A stretch of 64,000 nt of DNA from a bacterium. GTDB taxonomy: Bacteria > Desulfobacterota > DSWW01. The notes beneath the pieces were generated by a model. The model had not been told where the DNA came from, ran no database searches, and saw only the letters and a program-made list of their open reading frames with translations. Within the stretch, counting starts at the first letter, position 1. The number at the start of each line of letters is the position of its first letter. The stretch covers positions 1 to 64,000 of the forward strand of contig JBFLZG010000080.1 of assembly GCA_040756235.1 (NCBI GenBank), read 5' to 3'. Positions 1 through 8,134 of this stretch are shown here, piece after piece. The position numbers and the translations under genes are program-made.

Positions 1-134
1 TTGTGGGGCCTCCCCATGCGCCGCCCTTCCCGGGAGCCACAAGGCTGCAAACAGTTCGCGGGCAGGGCAAGCCCTGCCCCTACAAGAGAACCCGACGAAT
101 GCGTCGCCCGTATTCTGATGAGAGGGATTGAACC

Positions 135-1271
135 ATGCAGGTCAAGCTCAGCGAGGATCAGATCGCAATCGTCGGTCAGGCGAGGAAATTCTGCGAGAAC
201 GTGATGCCGATGGCGTACGTCCGGTCCATGTTCGAGGACCCCCGGGGCTTCACGGATGCCGTCTGGGCCAAGATGGCCGAGATGGGCTGGACCGGGATGC
301 TCGTCCCCGAAGCGCACGGCGGCCTGGGGTTGACGCTGCTCGACCTGGCCATGGTCCTGGAGGAGATGGGCCGCGCGGTCGCGCCGGGGCCTTTCTTCTC
401 CACGGTTCTCCTGGCCTCCGAGGCGATCGCTGCGGCCGGCAGCGACGAGCAGAAAGAGCGCTATCTGCCCGGCCTGGCCTCGGGCGTGCTGCGAGGCACA
501 CTGGCCCTCCATGAGCCGGACGGAGGCGCCGACCCCGACTTCGTCCGGATGCCTGCTTCCCCGCTGGACGGGTCCTTTGTGCTGGAGGGAACGAAGCTCT
601 TCGTTCCCGATGCCCACGTGGCGGACATCTTGGTCTGCGCCGCGCGGACGAGCGGCGACCCTTCCGGGGGAATCACGCTCTTCCTGGTGGAGACGAAAAC
701 TCCCGGCCTCACGATCACTCTTCTGCCCACTATGGACGGCACCCGCAAGCTCTGCGCCGTTGACTTCAGCCAGGTCCAGGTCCATGGCCAGGGCCGGCTG
801 GGGCCCCTGCATTTCGGGAGAGCTGCCCTGGACCGTGTCCTCGCGCGGGCCCAGGTCGGCCTCTGCGCCGAGTGCGTCGGCGGGGCGCAGATGTCCATGG
901 AGATCGCCGTGGAGTATGCCAAGGTCCGCGTCCAGTTTGATCAGCCGATCGGAAGCTTCCAGTCGATCAAGCACCGGTGCGCGCAGATGTTCGTGGAGGC
1001 GGAAAGCGCCCGTTCGCTCCTCTACTGGGCAGCCTGGGCCCAGGACCAGGCCGATGCCCGGGAGGCCGCCCTTGCCGCATCGGTTGCCAAGTCCTACTGC
1101 TCAGAGGTCTATCGAAACGCCTCGGCGAGCGCCGTGCAGGTCCTGGGCGGCACCGGCTTCTCCTGGGAGCACGACATCCACCTGCACCTGAAGCGGGCCA
1201 AGGCAAACGAGCTGGCCCTCGGCGACCCTGCCTACCACCGCGAGAGAATCGTCCGCCTGCTGGAAGGGTGA
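135..1271 (+). CDS. Acyl-CoA dehydrogenase family protein, probably the non-catalytic subunit of an alpha2beta2 ACAD
   Basis: ACAD motifs (W..MAEMGWTG, LALHEP, GTKLFVPDA, RVQFDQPIGSFQSIKH, VQVLGGTGFSWEHDIHL). The C-terminus NELALGDP lacks the usual YEGT catalytic Glu motif. Confidence 0.9.
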   Translation: MQVKLSEDQIAIVGQARKFCENVMPMAYVRSMFEDPRGFTDAVWAKMAEMGWTGMLVPEAHGGLGLTLLDLAMVLEEMGRAVAPGPFFSTVLLASEAIAAAGSDEQKERYLPGLASGVLRGTLALHEPDGGADPDFVRMPASPLDGSFVLEGTKLFVPDAHVADILVCAARTSGDPSGGITLFLVETKTPGLTITLLPTMDGTRKLCAVDFSQVQVHGQGRLGPLHFGRAALDRVLARAQVGLCAECVGGAQMSMEIAVEYAKVRVQFDQPIGSFQSIKHRCAQMFVEAESARSLLYWAAWAQDQADAREAALAASVAKSYCSEVYRNASASAVQVLGGTGFSWEHDIHLHLKRAKANELALGDPAYHRERIVRLLEG

Positions 1272-1393
1272 ATGACGCGCGAGGCACGGCCGTGCCGTGG
1301 CGACCCCCATGAGACCAGGAGGTCGCAATCTTCGTCCTGTCTCCGCCTCTTCGTCATTCCGGCGGACGCCGGAATCCGCTCCCTGCCACCCGC

Positions 1394-2275
1394 CTAATCT
1401 CCAAACTGTCCTGTTTCGACCCACTCTTTTTTCAATACCGACCAAAAATCCTCGGCCAGCCCCTCGAGCACATAAGCATAGGGCAGCCATCCGTACCCTT
1501 CGTCGCCCCAGCTCGTGCCCCATGAGTTCCGGATGAGGAGGGCGCCAACCGTCTCTTTCTTCCCGTAGCGGTTCTTGATCTTCATCTTGTCATCGTACCC
1601 CACGGCCACGATCGCGTGTCCGCCCTCAATCCTCTCCTTTGTCGACGGAAATGGGATCTTGCCGGTCTGGTCCGCCTGCTCGATCGAGCTGTACACGGAG
1701 AACCCGAACATCGCAGGGTGACCCTTGGAGAGATAGGTCTTCACCCCGCCCAGGAGGCTCTCTGGCTCTGTCCCGGGCGGATCGTGCCGGAAGTATTTCA
1801 GGGTCTGATAATTCTGGGCAAAGGCGTAGCAGAAGGCCGGCGGCTCCTCGTCGAACTTCTCTGCGTCGTCGGTGTAGGGCCAGTGCTCCTCAGGCGGCAC
1901 GCCGAACAGGACCATGGCGCCCATCGTGGTCCGCAGGAACGCTCCGGTATCCCCGCTCGCCTTCATGAGGTTGCGGGTGACCTTGTAGAGAAAAAGCCGC
2001 GAGGCGTCCAGGTGCCTGCCGAACGACTTCCGCTCGTAGTACTCGATCACCCCGCCGCCTGCGTGGGCCGTGCAGGACCCGATCATCCCCTGATCCTCGA
2101 CCGGGGAGCACCACTCCCTCAGGTCAACGGATGGAGGCACCTCTTTCGCTTTCGCTGTTCGCACCTTGGCGGGCGCGAGCACCTGTCTGACCTCTTCGGT
2201 CTTCTCCGTGTAGTCGCGAAAGTCCGGGTAATCCGGGATCCACCCCATGTGATATTTGCTCCCTCGGCTGGACAT
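1394..2275 (-). CDS. Papain-family (C1A) cysteine protease, no signal peptide
   Basis: VDLREWCSPVEDQGMIGSCTAH (Gln/Cys), GGHAIVAVGYDD (His), IRNSWGTSWGDEGYG (Asn). RBS GAGGAGG lies before the ATG. Confidence 0.92.
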   Translation of the reverse strand: MSSRGSKYHMGWIPDYPDFRDYTEKTEEVRQVLAPAKVRTAKAKEVPPSVDLREWCSPVEDQGMIGSCTAHAGGGVIEYYERKSFGRHLDASRLFLYKVTRNLMKASGDTGAFLRTTMGAMVLFGVPPEEHWPYTDDAEKFDEEPPAFCYAFAQNYQTLKYFRHDPPGTEPESLLGGVKTYLSKGHPAMFGFSVYSSIEQADQTGKIPFPSTKERIEGGHAIVAVGYDDKMKIKNRYGKKETVGALLIRNSWGTSWGDEGYGWLPYAYVLEGLAEDFWSVLKKEWVETGQFGD

Positions 2276-2320
2276 CCTCCTCTCCTCTTGTTGGGTTCAC
2301 GTAATTTGGCATGATAATTA

Positions 2321-2511
2321 GAGGCTGTCCCAAAACGCCCATCTGCGGCGTTGCACTCGTGCGGCGTGGAGGTCCTGGGGCAGCCTGCCCCGGCGAAAGC
2401 CGGGGTCACTGCGGCGTACTTCCATGTACGCCTCGTTCCTCAGGACTTCGTGCGCCTTGCATCTGGGCATTCTTGAACAGCCTCTGAAATCGAGCCTGTT
2501 GGGACAGGCTC
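2321..2511. mobile_element. MITE-like element, family A, copy 1
   Basis: Terminal inverted repeats GAGGCTGTCCCAA / TTGGGACAGGCTC, flanked on both sides by TAATTA. Near-identical to 3227-3416 (one 1-nt indel seen). Confidence 0.85.
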
Positions 2512-2812
2512 TAATTAGTATTCTGTCGACAGTCATGTAAAGAGGAAAATGGCAGACAGGGCCAAGGAATCCCGCTATGGAGGGAGCGCCCTCAGATGGG
2601 CGTTTATCGACAGCCTCAGGAAAGGGGGGAGGCACCGCGGTGCTTCGGATTCTGCCGCTCGACTGCTTTCGAAATCGGAGAGAATGGGAGGACCAGAGTA
2701 TGCGTTGACAGCTTGCGTTGGTTGCCATTCAGAGGATGCGAAGATGCACGAGTCGAGGAAGAGAGGGCGGCGCATGCGTCGCCACTACAAGAAAGGAGCA
2801 GGCTCTCCGATC

Positions 2813-3025
2813 TCAGGTGCGTCTGACTCGCCTGGCTCCGGGCAGAGGGATGGGGTCGCCCGTCTCCTCTGCGGCGTCGAGCCACACGCGGACGGCCTCT
2901 TGTGCGTTGAGAAGGGCATCTACCTGCTTGGCGCCGCGCGCGATGCACCCGGGCAGTTCGGGAACCTCGGCCACGAAGGTGTCGTCGTCCTCGCTCCAGT
3001 AGATGATGACTTCGTACTTGTTCAT
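2813..3025 (-). CDS. hicB: Short HicB-family antitoxin (no hicA seen)
   Basis: MNKYEVIIYWSEDDDTFVAEVPELPGCIARG...EAVRVWLDAAEETGDPIPLP is the typical HicB signature. RBS GGAGG upstream. Confidence 0.85.
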   Translation of the reverse strand: MNKYEVIIYWSEDDDTFVAEVPELPGCIARGAKQVDALLNAQEAVRVWLDAAEETGDPIPLPGARRVRRT

Positions 3026-3226
3026 GGGATTCCGCGCCTCCCTCTGAGGGGTGAATGCTGTGAGGCACATTCTATCACAAGTTCACGTCAGCCCGTTCAT
3101 CCCTCACCCTGACCCCGTTGCAGCGGGGAATCCATTTTCCGACGGTGAAATAGAAAGGGTGTGCCCGGCCTGGAGGAGAGCCGCGCGGTCGCCGCCAGCC
3201 CGCGAGCCGTGAGCACTCGGTAGCCA

Positions 3227-3416
3227 GAGGCTGTCCCAAAACGCCCATCTGCGGCGTTGCACTCGTGCGGCGTGGAGGTCCTGGGGCAGCCTGCCCCGGC
3301 GAAAGCCGGGGTCACTGCGGCGTACTTCCATGTACGCCTCGTTCCTCAGGACTTCGTGCGCCTTGCATCTGGGCATTCTTGAACAGCCTCTGAATCGAGC
3401 CTGTTGGGACAGGCTC
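3227..3416. mobile_element. MITE-like element, family A, copy 2, inserted in a GTAG REP-like element
   Basis: Same TIRs and interior as 2321-2511. Flanks are TAGCCA / TAGCTA. Confidence 0.85.
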
Positions 3417-3558
3417 TAGCTAGGATGGGCAAAGCGCAGCGTGCCCACCAACCAAGGTCACAGACTGCGCGCGTGGCGATCCCCCTGGACCTGAGAGCGC
3501 CGCGGGCTTGCGGCCCTCGCAACGTCCGGCACCCGTGGCCGGTCTGCGCGCCTTGGAA

Positions 3559-4623
3559 TCAGGCGCCGGCGGTGAAGGCGGCCCGAAACTTGGTGGCCAG
3601 AAACTCCGGCGTGTTCAGGATCAGCTGGTTCCCGAGGATCTTCTGCATGAAATAGTCGTCCGCACGGGGGTTCTCGTGCACGTTCTGCCGGGAGATGATC
3701 CGCATCTGGCACCGGAAGGCTTCGTCCCCGGAGCCCAGCGGACCCGAGAGGAACCCGAAATTGAAGGTCGAGATCCCCAGGGAACCGTAGCCCTTGAGGA
3801 CGGCCGAGACCCCAAGGGCCAGCCCGAGCCAATCTTCCTCGTCCATCTCCAGCAGCTCTCTCCGGGAGGGAAGGATGCCCAGGACCTCGTTGGTTCCTGC
3901 CGGCGAGAAGCTCGTCAGCCAATCCACGGTGCCGGTCCGGCCGATGTAGCGCTCTCCCAGCTCCTTCTCCTTTTCCACCAGATCGGTCCAGTAGCAGGAG
4001 AAGAACTTCCGCCGGTACTCACCGCCCCTGGCCAGGAGATTCTCGAGGACGTTGAAGGGGATATCTCCGCCCACGACCTGGAAGTGCGGGTGGGCGATGC
4101 TCGCGCCCGCGGGGCCGAGGTAGTTGGCGTTCAGGGTGAGGAAACGAACACCGAGCGCCGCCCGGGACAGGGCGCGAGCGAAATCACCGGTTGCGAGGAA
4201 CGCCTCGTGGAGGTCGGATACGGCGAACTCGGCGAGCGGCACATAGTGCCGCTCACCCACCCGGATGACGGCATGCACCTGGTAGACGGGGAAGAGGTTC
4301 GGGAACAGGACCGCTTCCCCCTTTTGCACCCGTCCCCCGGGCACGATCTCGTCGGGATAGGCCGGTGCCGTCAGCTTCCAGCGCTCCCCGCAGATGAAGC
4401 ACTTGGGCTCGCTCTCGCGGGCCTGGCGTTCGATGAGCGCCAGGTCGCTCGGAGGGTTGATGATGGCCACCTTGTCTTCCAGCCTGGGATTGAAGAGGCT
4501 TTTCTGGCCGGTCAGGGGATCGGTGCGGATCTCGACTTTCTGGGTGTCCAGTTGGTTGCCCATCATCGGGTTGCGGAACGTGGACTGCTGGAAATGCTTC
4601 TCGAACCGGATGCCGTCTGCCAT
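3559..4623 (-). CDS. GalT-like (HIT superfamily) nucleotidyltransferase
   Basis: EIRTDPLTG, CFIC zinc motif, FPNLFP, GASIAHPHFQ (HxHxQ). RBS GGAGG before the ATG at 4623. Confidence 0.8.
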   Translation of the reverse strand: MADGIRFEKHFQQSTFRNPMMGNQLDTQKVEIRTDPLTGQKSLFNPRLEDKVAIINPPSDLALIERQARESEPKCFICGERWKLTAPAYPDEIVPGGRVQKGEAVLFPNLFPVYQVHAVIRVGERHYVPLAEFAVSDLHEAFLATGDFARALSRAALGVRFLTLNANYLGPAGASIAHPHFQVVGGDIPFNVLENLLARGGEYRRKFFSCYWTDLVEKEKELGERYIGRTGTVDWLTSFSPAGTNEVLGILPSRRELLEMDEEDWLGLALGVSAVLKGYGSLGISTFNFGFLSGPLGSGDEAFRCQMRIISRQNVHENPRADDYFMQKILGNQLILNTPEFLATKFRAAFTAGA

Positions 4624-4902
4624 GACCGCGCCTCCCTGTGTGCGTCCAGGTGGAGCATTCATTAAAAGAGGAAAGAGCGCCGAAATCAAATCGGCAGCCG
4701 CCTGTTCGAATGTGCCCATTCCCGCGCAGGCCGGCCCCGGCACTCCTCCCCCGGACAAGACATCCGCCGCCGGCTCTGCTATCCTGATGTCGGCCTGAGG
4801 ATCCGGAGCGAGGGCAGGATGAGAGGAGCTTGCGCGCCGGAATCGCCGGACTCATTCTGACCCGTCGCGGTCCTGGCCTCACGAAGCCGGGAGGGTGTCA
4901 TC

Positions 4903-5919
4903 ATGCTTGTCGTCATGAAGAAGAATGCGGGCCAGAAGGAAATCCAGGTCGTCGTCGACAAGATCGAGTCCATGGGGCTCAAGGCCCACGTCATTCCCGG
5001 GTCCATCCGGACGGCCATCGGCACCACGGGCAACACCGGACCGATCGACCCCGGTGCGCTCGAGGTGATGCCGGGCGTCCGGGAAGTCATCCGGGTCACC
5101 AAGCCGTACAAGCTCGTCAGCCGAGAGGTGAAGCAGGAGGACACACGGATCCAGGTGGGCAACGTGGCGATCGGCGGCACCGGGGTCGTGGTCATCGCCG
5201 GCCCCTGTGCCGTGGAGAGCGAGGCCCAGTGCCTGGCCATTGCCGAGAAGGTGAGGATGGCAGGCGCCTCCATGTATCGCGGAGGCGCCTTCAAGCCCAG
5301 AACCAGCCCCTACAGCTTCCAGGGGCTCGGCGAAAAAGGGCTCAAGATCCTGCGGCGCGTCCGGGAGGAGTTCGACCTGCCGGTCGTGACCGAAGCCGTG
5401 GACGTGGAGTCTGTAGGACTGGTCGAGCAGTATGCGGACGTGATCCAGGTCGGCGCCCGGAACATGCAGCACTACTCGCTCCTCAAGCGGGTGGGCCGTT
5501 CGAAACGGCCGGTTCTGCTGAAGAGGGGCATGAGCGCAACCGTGGAAGAGTTGCTCATGTCTGCCGAGTACATCCTGTCGGAGGGCAACTACCAGGTCGT
5601 CTTGTGCGAGCGCGGCGTGAGAACCTTTGCCGACCACACGCGCAACACCCTGGACCTGAGCGCGGTGCCCGCCGTCAAGGAGCTGAGCCATCTGCCGATC
5701 CTGGTCGACCCCAGCCACGGCACCGGCAGGCGCGACAAGGTCTTTCCCATGGCACTCGCGGGCCTGGCGGCCGGCGCGGACGGGCTCCTCATCGAGGTGC
5801 ACACAGACCCGGAAAAAGCGCTCTCGGACGGGCCGCAGTCCCTCTACCCCGCCCAGTTCACCCGGCTGATGGAATGCCTCCGTCGGCTTTCGGTGGCCAT
5901 GGACAGATCCTTCCCATAG
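4903..5919 (+). CDS. aroF: DAHP synthase type I-beta with N-terminal ferredoxin-like regulatory domain
   Basis: IAGPCAVES, RGGAFKPRTSPYSFQG, QVGARNMQ, LKRG, CERGVRTF, DPSHG, EVH..P..ALSDG. Confidence 0.95.
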   Translation: MLVVMKKNAGQKEIQVVVDKIESMGLKAHVIPGSIRTAIGTTGNTGPIDPGALEVMPGVREVIRVTKPYKLVSREVKQEDTRIQVGNVAIGGTGVVVIAGPCAVESEAQCLAIAEKVRMAGASMYRGGAFKPRTSPYSFQGLGEKGLKILRRVREEFDLPVVTEAVDVESVGLVEQYADVIQVGARNMQHYSLLKRVGRSKRPVLLKRGMSATVEELLMSAEYILSEGNYQVVLCERGVRTFADHTRNTLDLSAVPAVKELSHLPILVDPSHGTGRRDKVFPMALAGLAAGADGLLIEVHTDPEKALSDGPQSLYPAQFTRLMECLRRLSVAMDRSFP

Positions 5920-5967
5920 GCAGCGTGCCTGTTGAGGTTCTCCCTTTGAAGCGAGGCGCGTGCGCGC

Positions 5968-6078
5968 GCTCGGTAGGGTGGACCAAGCGAAACGTGTCCA
6001 CCAACCAGAGCCTAGACAGCGCGAGCGTGGCGATCCCCCGCTAGTCAGGAGGTTGCCACGGCCCTCCGGGCCTCGCAA
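5968..6078 (+). repeat. Composite REP-like element (GTAG hairpin plus GCGAGCGTGGCGATCCCC...TTGCCACGG...CTCGCAA module)
   Basis: Homologous to 3205-3525, 24808-24937 (minus) and partially to 9120-9180, 23401-23460 and 58386-58455. Confidence 0.7.
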
Positions 6079-6179
6079 TCTCCGCAGTTACAGCAGGTCG
6101 CCACGTCACGAGCGGTCCTCGGGACTTGGCGCGCCTTGCGCCGGGTCGAGCAGCGTGAGGTCGGGAGGTTGAGAAGGCG

Positions 6180-6605
6180 ATGGAACGAGAGAGGGAAGAA
6201 ACCGGGCTCGGGATCGCAAGCTTCCACACGGTCCTCTACTGCCGGAAGTGGGCGGCATCCGTTTCTTTCTACAGGGATGTTCTCGGCCTGACCGTGTCCT
6301 TTGAGAACCCGCTGTTCGTCGAGCTCCGGGCTGCCTCGGAAGCCCGGATCGGCCTCCTGGACGCGAGCCGCACCCGCTATCCGGATGTCGAGCCCAAGGG
6401 CGTCCTCCTCTCCTTTCGCGTGGCCGACGTGGACAAGGCCCATGCGTGGCTCAGGACGAAGGCCGTCCGCCTGTCGGACGTGAAGGAGCACCCGTGGGGA
6501 GCCAGGCTGTTCGAGCTCGAGGACCCGGACGGCCGTCGTATCGAGCTCTGGGCCCCCGCGCCTCCGCCTTCCGCGAGCGACGGGACGCTCGGTAGCACGG
6601 GTTGA
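6180..6605 (+). CDS. VOC/glyoxalase family protein
   Basis: HTVLY..., SVSFYRDVLGL, LSFRVADVD, HPWGARLFELEDPDGRRIEL. Confidence 0.88.
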   Translation: MEREREETGLGIASFHTVLYCRKWAASVSFYRDVLGLTVSFENPLFVELRAASEARIGLLDASRTRYPDVEPKGVLLSFRVADVDKAHAWLRTKAVRLSDVKEHPWGARLFELEDPDGRRIELWAPAPPPSASDGTLGSTG

Positions 6606-6682
6606 GCGCAGCTTCTCCACCGACCGTGGGCATCCCTGGTGCGACTCGTGACACACGCTACAGGGACTGGACTCCGGCCTCC

Positions 6683-6892
6683 GAGGCTGTGTCACAATTC
6701 GTCATCCCGGCCCATGTGCGAAGCGCGTGACAGCCGGGATCCAGAAGGGTGCACCTGGACCAGCTGTGGCAACTGGGCGCAGGGACTGGATTCCGGCCTT
6801 CGCCGGAATGACGGAAATCATGCGGCCGCGCCTCCGAGTCCTCCGGAATGAGTGGTCGCACGAGGGTCTGACCGAATTTATGACACACCCTC
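6683..6892. mobile_element. MITE-like element, family B, carrying a GTCATCCCGG...CCGGAATGAC palindromic cargo
   Basis: TIRs GAGGCTGTGTCACAATTC / GAATTTATGACACACCCTC. CTCC is duplicated at 6679-6682 and 6893-6896. The element interrupts a CTGGACTCCGGCCTCC|GCCGGAATGAC hairpin. Confidence 0.75.
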
Positions 6893-7090
6893 CTCCGCCG
6901 GAATGACAGAAAAGGCCAGGGAGCACGTCGTCCCGGCCCAACTGCCGAGCGCGTGCGAGCCGGGATCCGGAAGGTTGTATCCGGAACGGCTGCATTGCCA
7001 GAAGCAAGGGCTGGGTAGCCGATGCGGCCCGCCGCACCTGCTTCCCTGCCGATCTCGCGTTCCAGCGGCATGAGCACAGGCCCCAAAAAT

Positions 7091-7119
7091 TTGCCAAACT
7101 CCCTCCTAGCTGTTATCTT
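7091..7119 (+). promoter_or_regulatory. Putative sigma70 promoter of tRNA-Ser
   Basis: TTGCCA-17 nt-TATCTT with a TG extended -10, about 30 nt upstream of the tRNA. Confidence 0.55.
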
Positions 7120-7148
7120 ATGCAGGCAAACCCCGGACCGGCAGATAC

Positions 7149-7241
7149 GGAGAGATGACCGAGAGGCCGAAGGTGCTCGCCTGCTAAGCGAGTGTACACC
7201 GAAAAGGTGTATCGAGGGTTCGAATCCCTCTCTCTCCGCCA
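7149..7241 (+). tRNA. tRNA-Ser (GCT), CCA encoded
   Basis: Acceptor GGAGAGA/TCTCTCC, discriminator G, anticodon arm CTCGC-CTGCTAA-GCGAG, long variable arm, T arm GAGGG-TTCGAAT-CCCTC. Confidence 0.97.
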
Positions 7242-7278
7242 CCTTTGGGGAGCCTCCGGCAAGATCCCTTGAGTCAAA

Positions 7279-8094
7279 ATGACCAGCCTCTCCCGCTACC
7301 GGTCGTGGATCCTTCTCGCGCTCGGGTTCTATCCGCCTCACGGGGAAAGGGCCCGTCCCTTCCGGCTGGGCCCGCTCCGGGGTCACGTCAGCACCGAATT
7401 CCGGCAGCTGCTCGCCCCTATCGTATCGGAAGCGCTCGGCACCGGGTTTCGGTCCCAGGGGAAGGTGATCCACCGGGACCGGCACAAGACGAGCCTGCTC
7501 TACAGCTCACCGCCGTTCCCCTTCCCGCTCTACGTCAAGCACTACGTTCGCAACGATCTGCTCCAGGACATCAAGGACCGCCTGCGCGGTTCCCAGGCGA
7601 GCAAGGCATTCGCTCTGTCGTTGGAACTGGAGAGGCGTCTGGTCGCGACTCCTGCGGTGCTGGCCGTGGTCGAACGCTGGGAACGAGGGATCCGCAAGGA
7701 GGGCTTCCTGATCTGCAGAGGATACCCGGAGGGCGTGCCGGCCGCTCGGTTGCTCAAACAGCTCTACGGTCTGAACGATCGAGAGGATTTTTCACGTGCC
7801 CTTAAGGCCTTCGGAGAGTTCGTGGCCGGGATCGAGCGAGCGGGCATCCGGCACGGCTGCCTCATGAGCGCGCTCGTTGCCCTTCCGGGATCCGGCGGCA
7901 CGCCGGTTTATGCGGTGACGGACCTCGAACAGCTTTGCACGCTGGACGCGATCAATGACCACGACTGCCTGCGGATGGCTCAGGACATGAAACGGGACCT
8001 GCTGAAGGTGCCCGAGGGGTTTCTGGAAGCCCTGTATCAAGAAGGCCGGCGTGCAGGCTCCAGGATCTTGCAGAGCCGGGTTTTTGGCGGATAA
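7279..8094 (+). CDS. Lipopolysaccharide kinase (Kdo/WaaP/InaA-like) family protein, catalytic loop degenerate
   Basis: LYVKHY, 'KDRLRGSQA', TPAVLAV.ER, AGIRHGCL (HGDL-equivalent), VTDLE. Confidence 0.65.
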   Translation: MTSLSRYRSWILLALGFYPPHGERARPFRLGPLRGHVSTEFRQLLAPIVSEALGTGFRSQGKVIHRDRHKTSLLYSSPPFPFPLYVKHYVRNDLLQDIKDRLRGSQASKAFALSLELERRLVATPAVLAVVERWERGIRKEGFLICRGYPEGVPAARLLKQLYGLNDREDFSRALKAFGEFVAGIERAGIRHGCLMSALVALPGSGGTPVYAVTDLEQLCTLDAINDHDCLRMAQDMKRDLLKVPEGFLEALYQEGRRAGSRILQSRVFGG

Positions 8095-8134
8095 GACGGG
8101 TGCGCGCGCGCACCCGCTTTCAAGGAGGCGTCTC

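Noticed and set aside
2549..3112. Plus-strand ORF containing a CVGCH heme-binding-like motif
   Set aside because: It has no signal peptide, runs through a MITE end and a REP remnant, and is antisense to hicB. The motif is probably chance.
2321..3416. Composite transposon made of two MITEs carrying hicB
   Set aside because: Each copy has its own distinct flanking duplication and the outer flanks do not match (TAATTA versus TAGCTA), which indicates independent insertions.
7149..7300. tRNA-Ser as an integration site for a genomic island
   Set aside because: No integrase and no duplicated tRNA 3' end were seen in the window.
6045..7485. ORFs over the repeat cluster and tRNA (e.g. 6658-7485, 6702-7097) and similar ORFs with 'VIPAKAGIQ'-like peptides elsewhere
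   Set aside because: They are translations of palindromic repeats or antisense to the tRNA, with no protein family features.
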